Positions 14,976-24,600 of a stretch of DNA of 31,811 bases are shown here, in pieces. How positions within the stretch are numbered: the first letter of the stretch is position 1; each line of letters starts with the position of its first letter. Origin of the DNA: a virus (lineage: Duplodnaviria > Caudoviricetes). The notes under the pieces are model-generated. The model did no database searches. It saw only the letters and a program-made list of their open reading frames with translations, and was not told where the DNA came from. The translations under genes were made by a program, and so were the position numbers. The stretch is from positions 1 through 31,811 of the IMG/VR virus record IMGVR_UViG_3300050195_000155; one strand, written 5' to 3'.

Positions 14976-15395
14976 ATGAGCTACGCCACCCAGGAGGATC
15001 TGGTTGTCGCCTTCGGCGAACAGACCATCATCGATCTGACCGACCGGGCCGACCCGCCCACCGGTCAGATCGATGCGGGCGTGGTGGCGCGTGCGCTGGC
15101 CGATGCCACAGCGGAAATGGATGGTTACCTCGCCACGCAATACACGGTTCCGGTAACGGCGCAGCCCGAGCGCCTGCGCGCCGTGTGCTGCGACCTGACG
15201 CGTTACCGCCTGTGTGGTGACCGCATCACCGACGAGGTGCGTGCCCGCCACGATGACGCCATTGTCTGGCTGCGCGACATCGCCGCCGGGCGCACCGTGC
15301 TGGTGGGCGCCATCGCCCCCCAGGGTGGTGCACCGGTGGCGCAGCTCACCACGGCGGTGCCAGGGCGCAGGGTGTTTGGAGGCAGACTGCTATGA
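14976..15395 (+). CDS. Head-tail adaptor (Mu gp36, DUF1320)
   Basis: MSYAT.EDL...ALADATAEMDGYL...CCDLTRYRL...AIVWLRDIAAG. Confidence 0.9.
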   Translation: MSYATQEDLVVAFGEQTIIDLTDRADPPTGQIDAGVVARALADATAEMDGYLATQYTVPVTAQPERLRAVCCDLTRYRLCGDRITDEVRARHDDAIVWLRDIAAGRTVLVGAIAPQGGAPVAQLTTAVPGRRVFGGRLL

Positions 15396-15850
15396 CAGAG
15401 GCCATCGACACTTTCCTCACGCTCGATCCGCTGATCGTGACGCGCCTCAAGGCCCGCCTGCCCGATGTGCAGGTGCTCGACGCGGCAGACCTCGACGACA
15501 TGACCGAAGACAGCCAGCCCGCACCGGCCATCCATGTGATCTACAACGGTTTCACCGTGACGCAAACCCAGGCGCATGGCAAGGCCGCGATCTTCCGCAT
15601 GAGCTGGCTGGTGGTGGCCTGCGTGAAACATGCCGGCAGCGGCACCAAAGCCGCACGCGAAGCCAAGGCCCGTGTCGCCACCATCGTTGCCCAGGCCAAT
15701 GACGCGCTGATGGGTTTCCGCCCGGACGCCCGGCCCGGCACACCGGGCCTTGTGCCCGCCACCCCGCCCAGGCCGATGCGCCGGGGCGTGTTCTATTACT
15801 TCCCACTCTTATTCACGGCCGATGTGCCGGTTGCCACCAGGAGCCAATAA
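15392..15850 (+). CDS. Tail terminator / gp37-like neck protein
   Basis: APAIHVIY.G...WLVV...ALMGFRP...YYFPLLF pattern and synteny. Confidence 0.7.
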   Translation: MTEAIDTFLTLDPLIVTRLKARLPDVQVLDAADLDDMTEDSQPAPAIHVIYNGFTVTQTQAHGKAAIFRMSWLVVACVKHAGSGTKAAREAKARVATIVAQANDALMGFRPDARPGTPGLVPATPPRPMRRGVFYYFPLLFTADVPVATRSQ

Positions 15851-15853
15851 GCC

Positions 15854-16621
15854 ATGCCCGAATCCAGGAATCTTGCCGGTCTGTTTGCCGGTACCCTGTA
15901 CCTCTCCGAACTCGACCCGGATACGCAGACCTACGGTGATTTCTTCACCGTGGAAACCGACAAGTGCGAGATCACCGCCGCCTCGGATCTGCTCGAAGCC
16001 ATCAGCAAATCCCGCGAGAACTATGGCCAGGCACACACCAGCTATGCCAAGGCCAAGCCCACAGAAATTGCCTTCAACTTCACCGAGGAGAACAAGGCCA
16101 TCATCGCCGCCAAGCTCTCCGGCATCGTGGCGGATCTCACCCGCGCCGCCACCACGCTAACCAGCCATCCCGTTACCCTCGGTGCGCTTGGTGGCTGGGT
16201 GGAAATCGGCACCAAATACCTCGGTGAGGCCACCATCACCGTCCGGGAAAGCGCCGACGCCACCGATGCCTATGCGGCCGGTACCGACTACGAAATCAAC
16301 CCACGTCTGGGCCTGATTCGTCCGCTGAAAGATGGCACGATTGCCGCCAAAGCAATAGTCTATGTCTCCGCCTCGGTGCCAGCCCTGGCAGGCACGCAGA
16401 TCAAGGGCGCGGCGCGCTACTCACACGAGTACCGGGGCTATCTCGACGGCCTCGATCTGGCGCGCAACGAGGACGTCATCGTCAATATGCCGCGCATCAT
16501 TGTGTCCAGCACTGACGCCAAGGACTTCCTCGACGAGAAGCTCTCCAGCACGGCGCTGGCCGGGCGGCTGATGATTCCGGCGGATGGCGGTAGGCCGTTT
16601 ACGGTGGATTATCCGGGCTAA
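15854..16621 (+). CDS. Major tail (tube) protein
   Basis: 255-aa beta-rich protein after the neck genes, with a GTDYEINPRLGLI insert typical of siphophage tubes. No sheath gene is present. Confidence 0.75.
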   Translation: MPESRNLAGLFAGTLYLSELDPDTQTYGDFFTVETDKCEITAASDLLEAISKSRENYGQAHTSYAKAKPTEIAFNFTEENKAIIAAKLSGIVADLTRAATTLTSHPVTLGALGGWVEIGTKYLGEATITVRESADATDAYAAGTDYEINPRLGLIRPLKDGTIAAKAIVYVSASVPALAGTQIKGAARYSHEYRGYLDGLDLARNEDVIVNMPRIIVSSTDAKDFLDEKLSSTALAGRLMIPADGGRPFTVDYPG

Positions 16622-16631
16622 TCTGACATCT

Positions 16632-16658
16632 ATTCAAACCACACTCAGTGGTTTGAAT
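16632..16658. terminator. Hairpin between convergent genes (possible bidirectional terminator)
   Basis: Perfect 11-bp stem ATTCAAACCAC/GTGGTTTGAAT with a 5-nt loop. Confidence 0.55.
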
Positions 16659-17146
16659 TACTTGTTGTTTCCCAGGTAGTCAAACCAATCATTCAGAATA
16701 CTTCTAATCAAACAAAGTACCATAACAAGCATCGAGAACGAAAAAACTGCCATAAATATGCAAAGCAATACAGCGAAACAGTTATCAATTAGCCCAACCG
16801 AAAGCTGAAATACAGAAGCAACAATCGCAGAGGATATAGTAACAAACAATAAATCACTAAGCCTCTTGAGCGGCCCGTAAATTGTAAGAGAATTATCTAT
16901 TTTCTTTTTGTTTTCGAAGTTGTCGCGATATTCTTTTGAATCATATATATTTTCTTTTAGTTTGATGACTATAAAAATCTTAAGTGAGAGTAAAAAACTA
17001 CCTATCGTCAGAAACCCCGTAAAAAAACTTGCCCTCATATTTTTGGCATAAAAATCTGGCAGCCAAAACAAATCCGCGAAACAATACGACATAACTGCCA
17101 TGACTAAAAGAGAGATAATTATCGAAATTTCCAGCCTGATTCTCAT
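16658..17146 (-). CDS. Four-TM membrane protein (RexB-like effector candidate)
   Basis: 162 aa with four hydrophobic segments and a charged loop. AT-rich. Start overlaps the upstream stop (ATGA). Confidence 0.8.
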   Translation of the reverse strand: MRIRLEISIIISLLVMAVMSYCFADLFWLPDFYAKNMRASFFTGFLTIGSFLLSLKIFIVIKLKENIYDSKEYRDNFENKKKIDNSLTIYGPLKRLSDLLFVTISSAIVASVFQLSVGLIDNCFAVLLCIFMAVFSFSMLVMVLCLIRSILNDWFDYLGNNK

Positions 17147-18066
17147 ACTACATCAGCCTCAAAAATGTGCTCATACTCCGAGCACTTTCTGAGCAATTCT
17201 TGAATTACCCAAGATTTTTCGAAATTCTCTACATCAAGCTCATTTATTTTCGGAGCCACTTCATCATAAGGATATTCGCCAAAACAATCTGGATTGTCCG
17301 TAATGCGAACAATACGATCTATGTTATCAGAATCGACTCCAACAACTCGTCCGTTAGGAATAAATGTTGAATTGGCAATATCACTTATATGATCTGCCAA
17401 AACACGCACTGGCGAACCAGGTGAAAAAATTAACTTTGTACGCTCCTTTTTTACATAGGGCTTTAACGGCTTAAACTGTGGCTCATCAACAGTCAAAGCT
17501 GTTAGAGTGTATTCAAAGGCCTTTATTTTTGACAACTCTAACATCAATTCCTTTAGTTTTTCTCTACGCACCATAACTTCCCATTTCAGGCAACCGCGAT
17601 AGTTTCTTTTTATGCGACGTTCCTCTGCATCGTTGCCTCTTAAATTTGATAACTTCTGAGAAATCACTTCGTCATGGAATTCCGAGAAGCGTTTGTTATT
17701 AAAATAACCAAAAGAACTTAAGCTACAAGACTGATGATAGTACTGATACATTCCGATGCCGTTTTTCTTGTTTAATACAAAAAAATTAAAATCCATTATA
17801 TTTGAATCAGCATCAACTTCATTTACTTTAACAATAAACTTCCCGGAGTCATTAACCAACTCACAATACGTCTTCTGATCTTTTGTTGTCAGCAAAAGCC
17901 CAATATAATATTTTTCAGAATAAGTTGTATTAAAAAATAAAAACCTGTTATGCTCGCCAAGTCTGTAAGACTGACTTGATCTTTGCGTCATGTAATCGAT
18001 ATAATTACTAAGCGCCAACTTCTCAGAAGTACTGTAAAAAGAAAAACCTAAAAATTTTATGTTCAT
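17143..18066 (-). CDS. Soluble 307-aa protein (RexA-like sensor candidate)
   Basis: Long AT-rich ORF antisense to the phage late genes, coupled to the 4-TM gene. The product call is an inference. Confidence 0.8.
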   Translation of the reverse strand: MNIKFLGFSFYSTSEKLALSNYIDYMTQRSSQSYRLGEHNRFLFFNTTYSEKYYIGLLLTTKDQKTYCELVNDSGKFIVKVNEVDADSNIMDFNFFVLNKKNGIGMYQYYHQSCSLSSFGYFNNKRFSEFHDEVISQKLSNLRGNDAEERRIKRNYRGCLKWEVMVRREKLKELMLELSKIKAFEYTLTALTVDEPQFKPLKPYVKKERTKLIFSPGSPVRVLADHISDIANSTFIPNGRVVGVDSDNIDRIVRITDNPDCFGEYPYDEVAPKINELDVENFEKSWVIQELLRKCSEYEHIFEADVV

Positions 18067-18209
18067 AATATTGTCGATATATTATATATAAGTTAGATGT
18101 TTACAGCTCGGTAACATAATTTCTTCATTGCTGCTACCAGCTTGCTACAGGCAATCCCCTGTAGCAATACCCCTTTGGGGCAAATCAATTCTTGTTCCAT
18201 AAATACTAA

Positions 18210-18254
18210 TTTCGCCCACGCGAAACCTCCCCCTCACGCGCGCGCGAAGACAAT
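18210..18254 (+). promoter_or_regulatory. Putative late promoter 3 (tape measure/tail-tip operon)
   Basis: TTTCGC-CCA-CGCGAAACC at 18210-18227 and -10-like GACAAT at 18249-18254. Confidence 0.72.
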
Positions 18255-18283
18255 CCCACCAGACACATTGATGGGATCAGGCG

Positions 18284-21229
18284 GTGGCAACAGGGAACGA
18301 GTTACAGGTCGCGCTGCGACTCAGAGCGCAGACAGAGGGCAAGGAAGATGTCGATGCCCTGGGTAAAAGCCTCTCCATGCTGGGCGCAGGCTCGGATGAC
18401 ACGCTGGGCGCGCTGGAACGGGACCTCGCCGCACTGACGGCGGAAGCCGGCAAATCCGCTACGGCAACGGGCACTGTCGGGCAGAAGCTCAAGGCGACCG
18501 GTGATGCAGCAGACGACGCGGGCAGGCGCACGGTGCAGGCTGGCCAGCGCGCTGGCGAGGCACTCGATTCCCTCTCGCTGAAGCTCTCCGACATCCAGAA
18601 GGCTGTACTCACCTATCTGGGCCTCACCAACGTCGGCCCAATGATCCGGGGTGTGGCCGATACGGCGGACGCCTACAAGAACCTGCAGGCACGCATCCGC
18701 CTGGTGACTGGCGAAGGCTCGGCACTGCAGGCCGCCATGCAGGGCGTGGAGCGCGTGGCCACCGAGACCAACAGCGTGCTCGAATCCACGGGCGAGCTGT
18801 TCACGCGGCTCTACCAGGCTGGCAAAGACCTGAAGATGACGCAGGATCAGGCGCTCTCACTGACCCAGACGATCAACCAGGCCATCCAGGTTTCCGGCGC
18901 CTCGGCAGAATCCGCCGACGCTGCCACCACGCAGCTGATCCAGGGGCTGCAGTCCGGTGTGTTGCGCGGCGATGAGTTCAACAGCGTGATGGAGCAATCT
19001 CCTCGCTTGGCGCGGGCAATGGCCGATGGGCTGGGCATCAGCATCGGCAAGCTGCGCGAGCTGGCGAATGCCGGCGGGCTGACCAGCCAGGTGGTGATCC
19101 AGGCGCTGCAGAGCCAGGCCCGTGTGGTCTCTGACGAATACAGCAAGATGCCTGAAACGGTTGGGCGTGCCATCACCAATCTGCGCAACCAGTGGATGAT
19201 CTTCATCGGCCAGACGGACCAGGGCATGGGGGCATCGTCAAAGGCTGCCGAAGCGATCAATCTGCTGGCCGGGAATCTGGATCTCGTGGCCAAGGCAGCG
19301 CTGGCCGCCGGCAAGGCATGGCTGGCTTACCGTGCGTACAACATCGCCGATGAATTCCTGGTGATCAGCAAGTCAGCCCAGGCGGCTGCGCTAGCCAAGG
19401 CCAAGGATACAGGGGCGACAATTGCGGATACCGTCGCAACGCAGGCCAACAGCCTGGCACAGAAAGAGAATGCGGCAGCACGAAACGCTGCGGCCACTGC
19501 CTCGGCAAACATGGGCAATGCCGCAGGAAAGCTGGGTTCCGCGCTATCGATGCTCAAGGGCTTCGGCTGGGCTGCACTGCTGACCAACTTGCCCGAAATC
19601 GGTACCTGGCTGGGCGAATCGACTGCGAAGCTGATGGGCTATGGCAAGATCATCAAAGAGCAGGAGCAGCTCGACAAGATTTTTGAAGAGCGCCAGCGCG
19701 CCAATGCTGCTGCGCTGGCTGAACAGGCCGCCAAGACCAAGGCCGCTACCGATGCCGCACTTGGGCTTAACGATCAGTCTCGCGCCATGATCGCGGCCTT
19801 CGAGGCAGACGTTAAAGCCGGCAAGAGAGTAACGGAGGCTGTGGGCGAACTCGCCAAAGCGCTACAGCTTGGCGATCTGACCGGAATCAAGAATGCGGGC
19901 GCCGCGCTCGATGCGCTGGGCCTGCGCGGCAAACTCTCCGCAGACCAGATCCAGCAAGCCTATGCAGCTGCATTGCAGGGCAAGGATCTGCAGGTGTTTA
20001 TCACCAATGCCCGTACTGCATTCGACGGCACAGAACAAGGTGCCCGCCGCCTGGCCGAAGCCATCCAGGGGGCACTTGCCGAAGCAGTACGTCGCACAGG
20101 CAAGGATATGAACGAACTCACCACAGGGGTAAGTTCTGCTGCACGGGCGGCGATCAATGACGTTGATCTCCTGGTGGAGCATCTGGACGAACTGAAGAAG
20201 CAAGGCATCGACACCAAGGAAGCCCTTGCGGGATCACTGGACAAAGCCACCGAGGCGGCGAACACAGAAGCTGCTCTGAAAGAAGTTATCCAGCATTACA
20301 AGGAACTTGGAGAGCAAGGCCGGATTACCGGCGAAAAGCTCAAGGAAGGCCTGGAGAAAGCCCAGAAGAAACTGGACGAACTCAAGCCCGGCATCAATAG
20401 CCTGCAGGAGGCCTATTCCCAGCTTGGCATCAAGTCTGCCCAGCAGCTCAAAGAACAGGCCGAGCGCAGCAAGCAGGCGTATGAAACCATTCTACGCAGT
20501 GGCAAGGCCACCACCGATGAACTCAAGCGGGCGTTTGTGCAGTATGCGCAGGATGCGATTGCCGCCAATGGTGGTGTCGCCACTGAAGCCCTGAAGATCC
20601 AGGCGGCCATGCGTGGCGTGGTCATTGAAACAGATGCGGCGGGCCAGTCTACCGTGCACCTGGCAGACACTACCAACGAGCTGCGAGATGCCCAGCAGCG
20701 CCCGGATTCTCCACCGGCCCACAGCGAAGGCGGGCATGGCGGCTCTGGTAGAAGCGCTGGGGATGCTGGCGGGAATAGCAGTACTGGCGACGGCGCAGGG
20801 CCTGCCAGAGGCAGCAATGGAACGGGAGACAATGCGGCACCCGGCACGGTGCAACGGGATGTATTCGGCTTCAGCCTCGATAACGAGCAGATCGGCCGAG
20901 CCAACGGCGTAGCGGAAAAAGACCTCTCCGCATTTTCTGAACGCTTTGGCACGGAGCTGCAGAAACAGCTCGCAAAAATGCCCAAGACATCTGTTCAGTC
21001 CGCCAACACCTATCGCGACAACTGGAATTCCGCATTCTTGCAGGCGGTGAATCTCGCCAATGCAGACGCCAAGCGTGCCAATGCACCCAAGACTGAGCTG
21101 ACAAACCAGACTGTGAAGGTAGAAATCACTTTGCCGAACGGCCAGAAAGCCACCGTCACCGCAGCAAACAAAAAGTCTGCTGACGACTTCGTGACCCAGC
21201 TCAAGCAGGCAAGAGGAAGCTCAATATGA
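18284..21229 (+). CDS. Tail tape measure protein
   Basis: 981 aa, Ala-rich helical, with tape-measure domain ADAY.NLQARI...QLIQGLQSGVLRGDEFNSVMEQSPRLARAMADGLG. Gly/Ser-rich linker near the C-terminus. Confidence 0.93.
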   Translation: MATGNELQVALRLRAQTEGKEDVDALGKSLSMLGAGSDDTLGALERDLAALTAEAGKSATATGTVGQKLKATGDAADDAGRRTVQAGQRAGEALDSLSLKLSDIQKAVLTYLGLTNVGPMIRGVADTADAYKNLQARIRLVTGEGSALQAAMQGVERVATETNSVLESTGELFTRLYQAGKDLKMTQDQALSLTQTINQAIQVSGASAESADAATTQLIQGLQSGVLRGDEFNSVMEQSPRLARAMADGLGISIGKLRELANAGGLTSQVVIQALQSQARVVSDEYSKMPETVGRAITNLRNQWMIFIGQTDQGMGASSKAAEAINLLAGNLDLVAKAALAAGKAWLAYRAYNIADEFLVISKSAQAAALAKAKDTGATIADTVATQANSLAQKENAAARNAAATASANMGNAAGKLGSALSMLKGFGWAALLTNLPEIGTWLGESTAKLMGYGKIIKEQEQLDKIFEERQRANAAALAEQAAKTKAATDAALGLNDQSRAMIAAFEADVKAGKRVTEAVGELAKALQLGDLTGIKNAGAALDALGLRGKLSADQIQQAYAAALQGKDLQVFITNARTAFDGTEQGARRLAEAIQGALAEAVRRTGKDMNELTTGVSSAARAAINDVDLLVEHLDELKKQGIDTKEALAGSLDKATEAANTEAALKEVIQHYKELGEQGRITGEKLKEGLEKAQKKLDELKPGINSLQEAYSQLGIKSAQQLKEQAERSKQAYETILRSGKATTDELKRAFVQYAQDAIAANGGVATEALKIQAAMRGVVIETDAAGQSTVHLADTTNELRDAQQRPDSPPAHSEGGHGGSGRSAGDAGGNSSTGDGAGPARGSNGTGDNAAPGTVQRDVFGFSLDNEQIGRANGVAEKDLSAFSERFGTELQKQLAKMPKTSVQSANTYRDNWNSAFLQAVNLANADAKRANAPKTELTNQTVKVEITLPNGQKATVTAANKKSADDFVTQLKQARGSSI

Positions 21230-21630
21230 GTCAGCTAACGGATGGCCTTACCTCCATCACCCTATCCGACGACATGACCTGGAGCGATGAATACGCCTGG
21301 TCCCCCGTCGTACAGACAGTGACCAATACGCTTACGGGGGCATTGATCATTGAGACGGCGACTAAAAAAACCGGGCGCTCCATCACGCTGGCAACCGATA
21401 GCGGATCAACGCCCGCCGGGCTGATCACGCGTGCAGATCTCTTGCAGCTCAAAACCTGGGAGGCTGTGCCTGGACAGACCTTGCAACTGACGCTTCGCGG
21501 TGTCGCTTACACAGTGGTTTTTCGCAATCACGAAAAACCGGCAGTGGATGCTATCCCTCTGATCGATTACGCCACCCCGCTTGATAGCGACCCTTACATC
21601 GTAACCCTCAAATTTATGGTGATTTCGTAA
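21226..21630 (+). CDS. Distal tail-like protein
   Basis: DMTWSDEYAWSPVVQ...LTGALII...GRSITL pattern. Immediately follows the TMP with overlap. Confidence 0.7.
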   Translation: MSQLTDGLTSITLSDDMTWSDEYAWSPVVQTVTNTLTGALIIETATKKTGRSITLATDSGSTPAGLITRADLLQLKTWEAVPGQTLQLTLRGVAYTVVFRNHEKPAVDAIPLIDYATPLDSDPYIVTLKFMVIS

Positions 21631-24600
21631 TGAGTATTCTTGCCGGTGATATCCACTTCGTTGCCTCGGCGACGATGACCGATGACGATGAGGGGGGCGG
21701 CGCTCCGAGTGCCACGGTGATTCAGGATGGTGTCTCTAACGCCATTTTCCCGGACATCGCGGAAGTGGACCGCGCGGGCGGTTCCTTCCGCCTGCGTAAG
21801 CTGTTCCTGGCCGTCAATACCGCGACCACTGACATGCTGTATGGCGCGAATGTAATCCTCTCGGAGGTGCCGACCGATCCGAATGTCTCAGTCACGATGC
21901 TAGCCGCTGAGGATTATTTCGAGGAGCGCGGCGATACGATTGAGCGCGTTGAGGCCTATCTATACCAGGGCGGGCTGTTTTCTGGCTACCTGGTGGAAAC
22001 ACACCTCAAAGGCATGCAGACGCTGCAGATTGCACAGCGCCCTGGTGCTGCGCTGCCGGCTGTCGGGGAGACCCTTTATCTCGCACAGAACGAGGGGGCT
22101 ACGACCGAGTTCGGCCAGTATGTCCGGGTCAAGTCGGTGAGTTCTACGCAGGAAACCTACACGATTGAGGTGAATGGCGCATTCGTGGATTTTCTAGTGC
22201 AGATGCTGACCGTGACGATGACGGCAGCACTGGCCTACACCTTTACGGGCTCTGCGGTGAACCGGCTGTTTCAGACCGAATCAGCCGCCGCAAAAGTGCG
22301 CAAAACGATAGTAGCGAACGCCACAAAATACTATGGAGCATCGGGTACGACCGAGGCGGTTGCGGTAGGTAGTAAGGCCTGCAAGGTGGAATCTGTCTAT
22401 TCGCGCTTGGTGCCTGCGGCGCAGAGCGAGACAGCACTGACCGACAAATCCATGACCGGGACAACGTCTCCGGTGGTGCCGGCGGCTGCCGCAACGGTGT
22501 CCCGGAGCGTCAATATCAACGACCCAATCACAGGACAGGGAATATATAAAGGGAATAACTATTACCTGCCTACCGCCTGCTGCCCGGGTACGCTGCGTAT
22601 TGCTGCGAATGTGGGCCAGACCTGGACTGACGACGGAGCGGGCGGCCTGCTGGTGAACGGTACATCGACAGGCAGTATTAACTATGCAAATGGCGTTTTG
22701 TCTCTCACGGCAAATATGTATGGTGGAAATGGTGTCGAAACCTACCAGCCGGCTGGAGCGCCGTCGCAGGCATCGTATACCGATGCGGTGGTGGTGACTG
22801 CAGCAAACCGTTCGCTGGTGTGGGTCAAGTCCTTGGTGCCGATTCCGGTGCCTGGGGCACTGACGGTGTCCTACATGTCTGGCGGGAACTGGTATTCATT
22901 GTCGGATGATGGATCTGGCCGGGTGGTCGCGAGTGATTCAAGCTATGGCGTGGGTAAGCTGAGTTTTACCACAGGGTCTCTGGCGCTGACCCTCGGGGCG
23001 TTGCCGGATGTTGGCACCTCGATCATCTACAGTTGGGGCACTGCGGCCGAGTCAGTCATGCTGACGAACGATGAACTCTCGATTGCTACCCCCAAGATCG
23101 AGTTTGACGCAGGGACTGCCCTGTCACGCGGCACGGTGAAACTCACCTGGAAATCCGGCGGGGTGGCGAAGACTGCGACAGACAACGGCTCCGGCGGGTT
23201 CGCCGGAGATGCCACCGGGGCCATCTATTACGGGACGGGCACAGGCAATTTTGTGCCGGCAGAGCTGCCCGATTCGGGGCTGGTGTCCCTGACCTTTGAA
23301 GCGGGCAGCACGCAAACGCTGGGCGCGACCGCAGGCGGCGGCACAACGTGGACGGGCTCGCTTGGGTCTGCGCCGATCAAACCCGGTTCGGTGACGGCAT
23401 CGCTACTGCTGCAGTGGGCCAAGGCGGATTCTGACAATGATGGCAACACAGCAGTATCTGGCGGCCTGACGGCGGGTACGGTCTATGACGATGGAGATGG
23501 TGGCCTGATCCTGGCCGGTTACGGAGCGCTGCCAGGCGCATCGATTGACTATACGACTGGCGCCGTGGTGCTGGTGATCAACTATTCCAGCACGGTGCCT
23601 GTGGCCGTCTACAGCACGATACTGGACCCCGTGTCGCACGGGTACCGCCGCGTGATCAGCGGCTATTCGGTGGATACGGCCTCGCGCCAGATCGGGGCCG
23701 GTGGCATCACGTGGAAATGGCGCCTGGCCAGCGATACGGATGCTGCGGGGTCGGCCTCGCTGGCAGCACCCGTGCTGACACTCGATCTGCAGCCCTATCT
23801 GGCCGGTACCATCGTGGCGGGCAGTCTGCGTTTCCGTGTGGGCTCGTATGATTATGTTGAGCGTGACGGGCGGCTGTATCACTCCATCAACCCCGCAACG
23901 GGCGCTGGCACGGAAGCCGGGACCATTGAATACGCATCCGGCAAGGTAACAATCAGTGAATGGTCTTCCGGAACCTTCTCATTTGCGCTGCTGTCTGGCC
24001 TGATCAATCCGGGCGGCACGGGCATGGATGCGGTGTTTGGGCGCACTGCTGACGCTCCTCTGAAGACCGAGAGTTTCGAAATCTCGGCCACTGCGCTGGA
24101 TGGCACAGCGATCAGTGCCACGGCAGCAGGCGACGGCACAATCTCCGGTACCAACGTCACAGGCAGCATTGATTACGAAACCGGGATTTACACCCTGAGC
24201 TTCGGGGCAACGGTTGCAGGTACCTGGGAATCCAAGCTCGTATCGCCCTCATCGATGCGTTACAACTGCGTGGCCTACAGTTACCTGCCGCTGGATGCCT
24301 CCATCATCGGGATTGACCCGGTGCGCCTGCCTACAGATGGCCGTGTGCAGATCTTTACGTCCGGCGACTATGCGGTGCTTGGGCACACGAAGTCGGTCAG
24401 CCAGGCGGTGGCGGCTGGCCAGACGGTGAATCTCGGGCGCACGCGCCTGTCTCGCGTCTGGATCGTCGGGCAGGATGGCAAGAAGATCAGCATAGGCTAC
24501 ACCGCCGATCTGGATGCCGGCGCGGTCAGCTTTACCGATGTCACGGGCTATGCCCAGCCCGTGACGATCTATGACCGCATCGAGGACATGGCGATGATCT

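Noticed and set aside
18067-18076. AATATTGTCG shared with the prophage right end (30955-30964)
   Set aside because: A single 10-bp AT-rich match is compatible with chance, with no further similarity around it.
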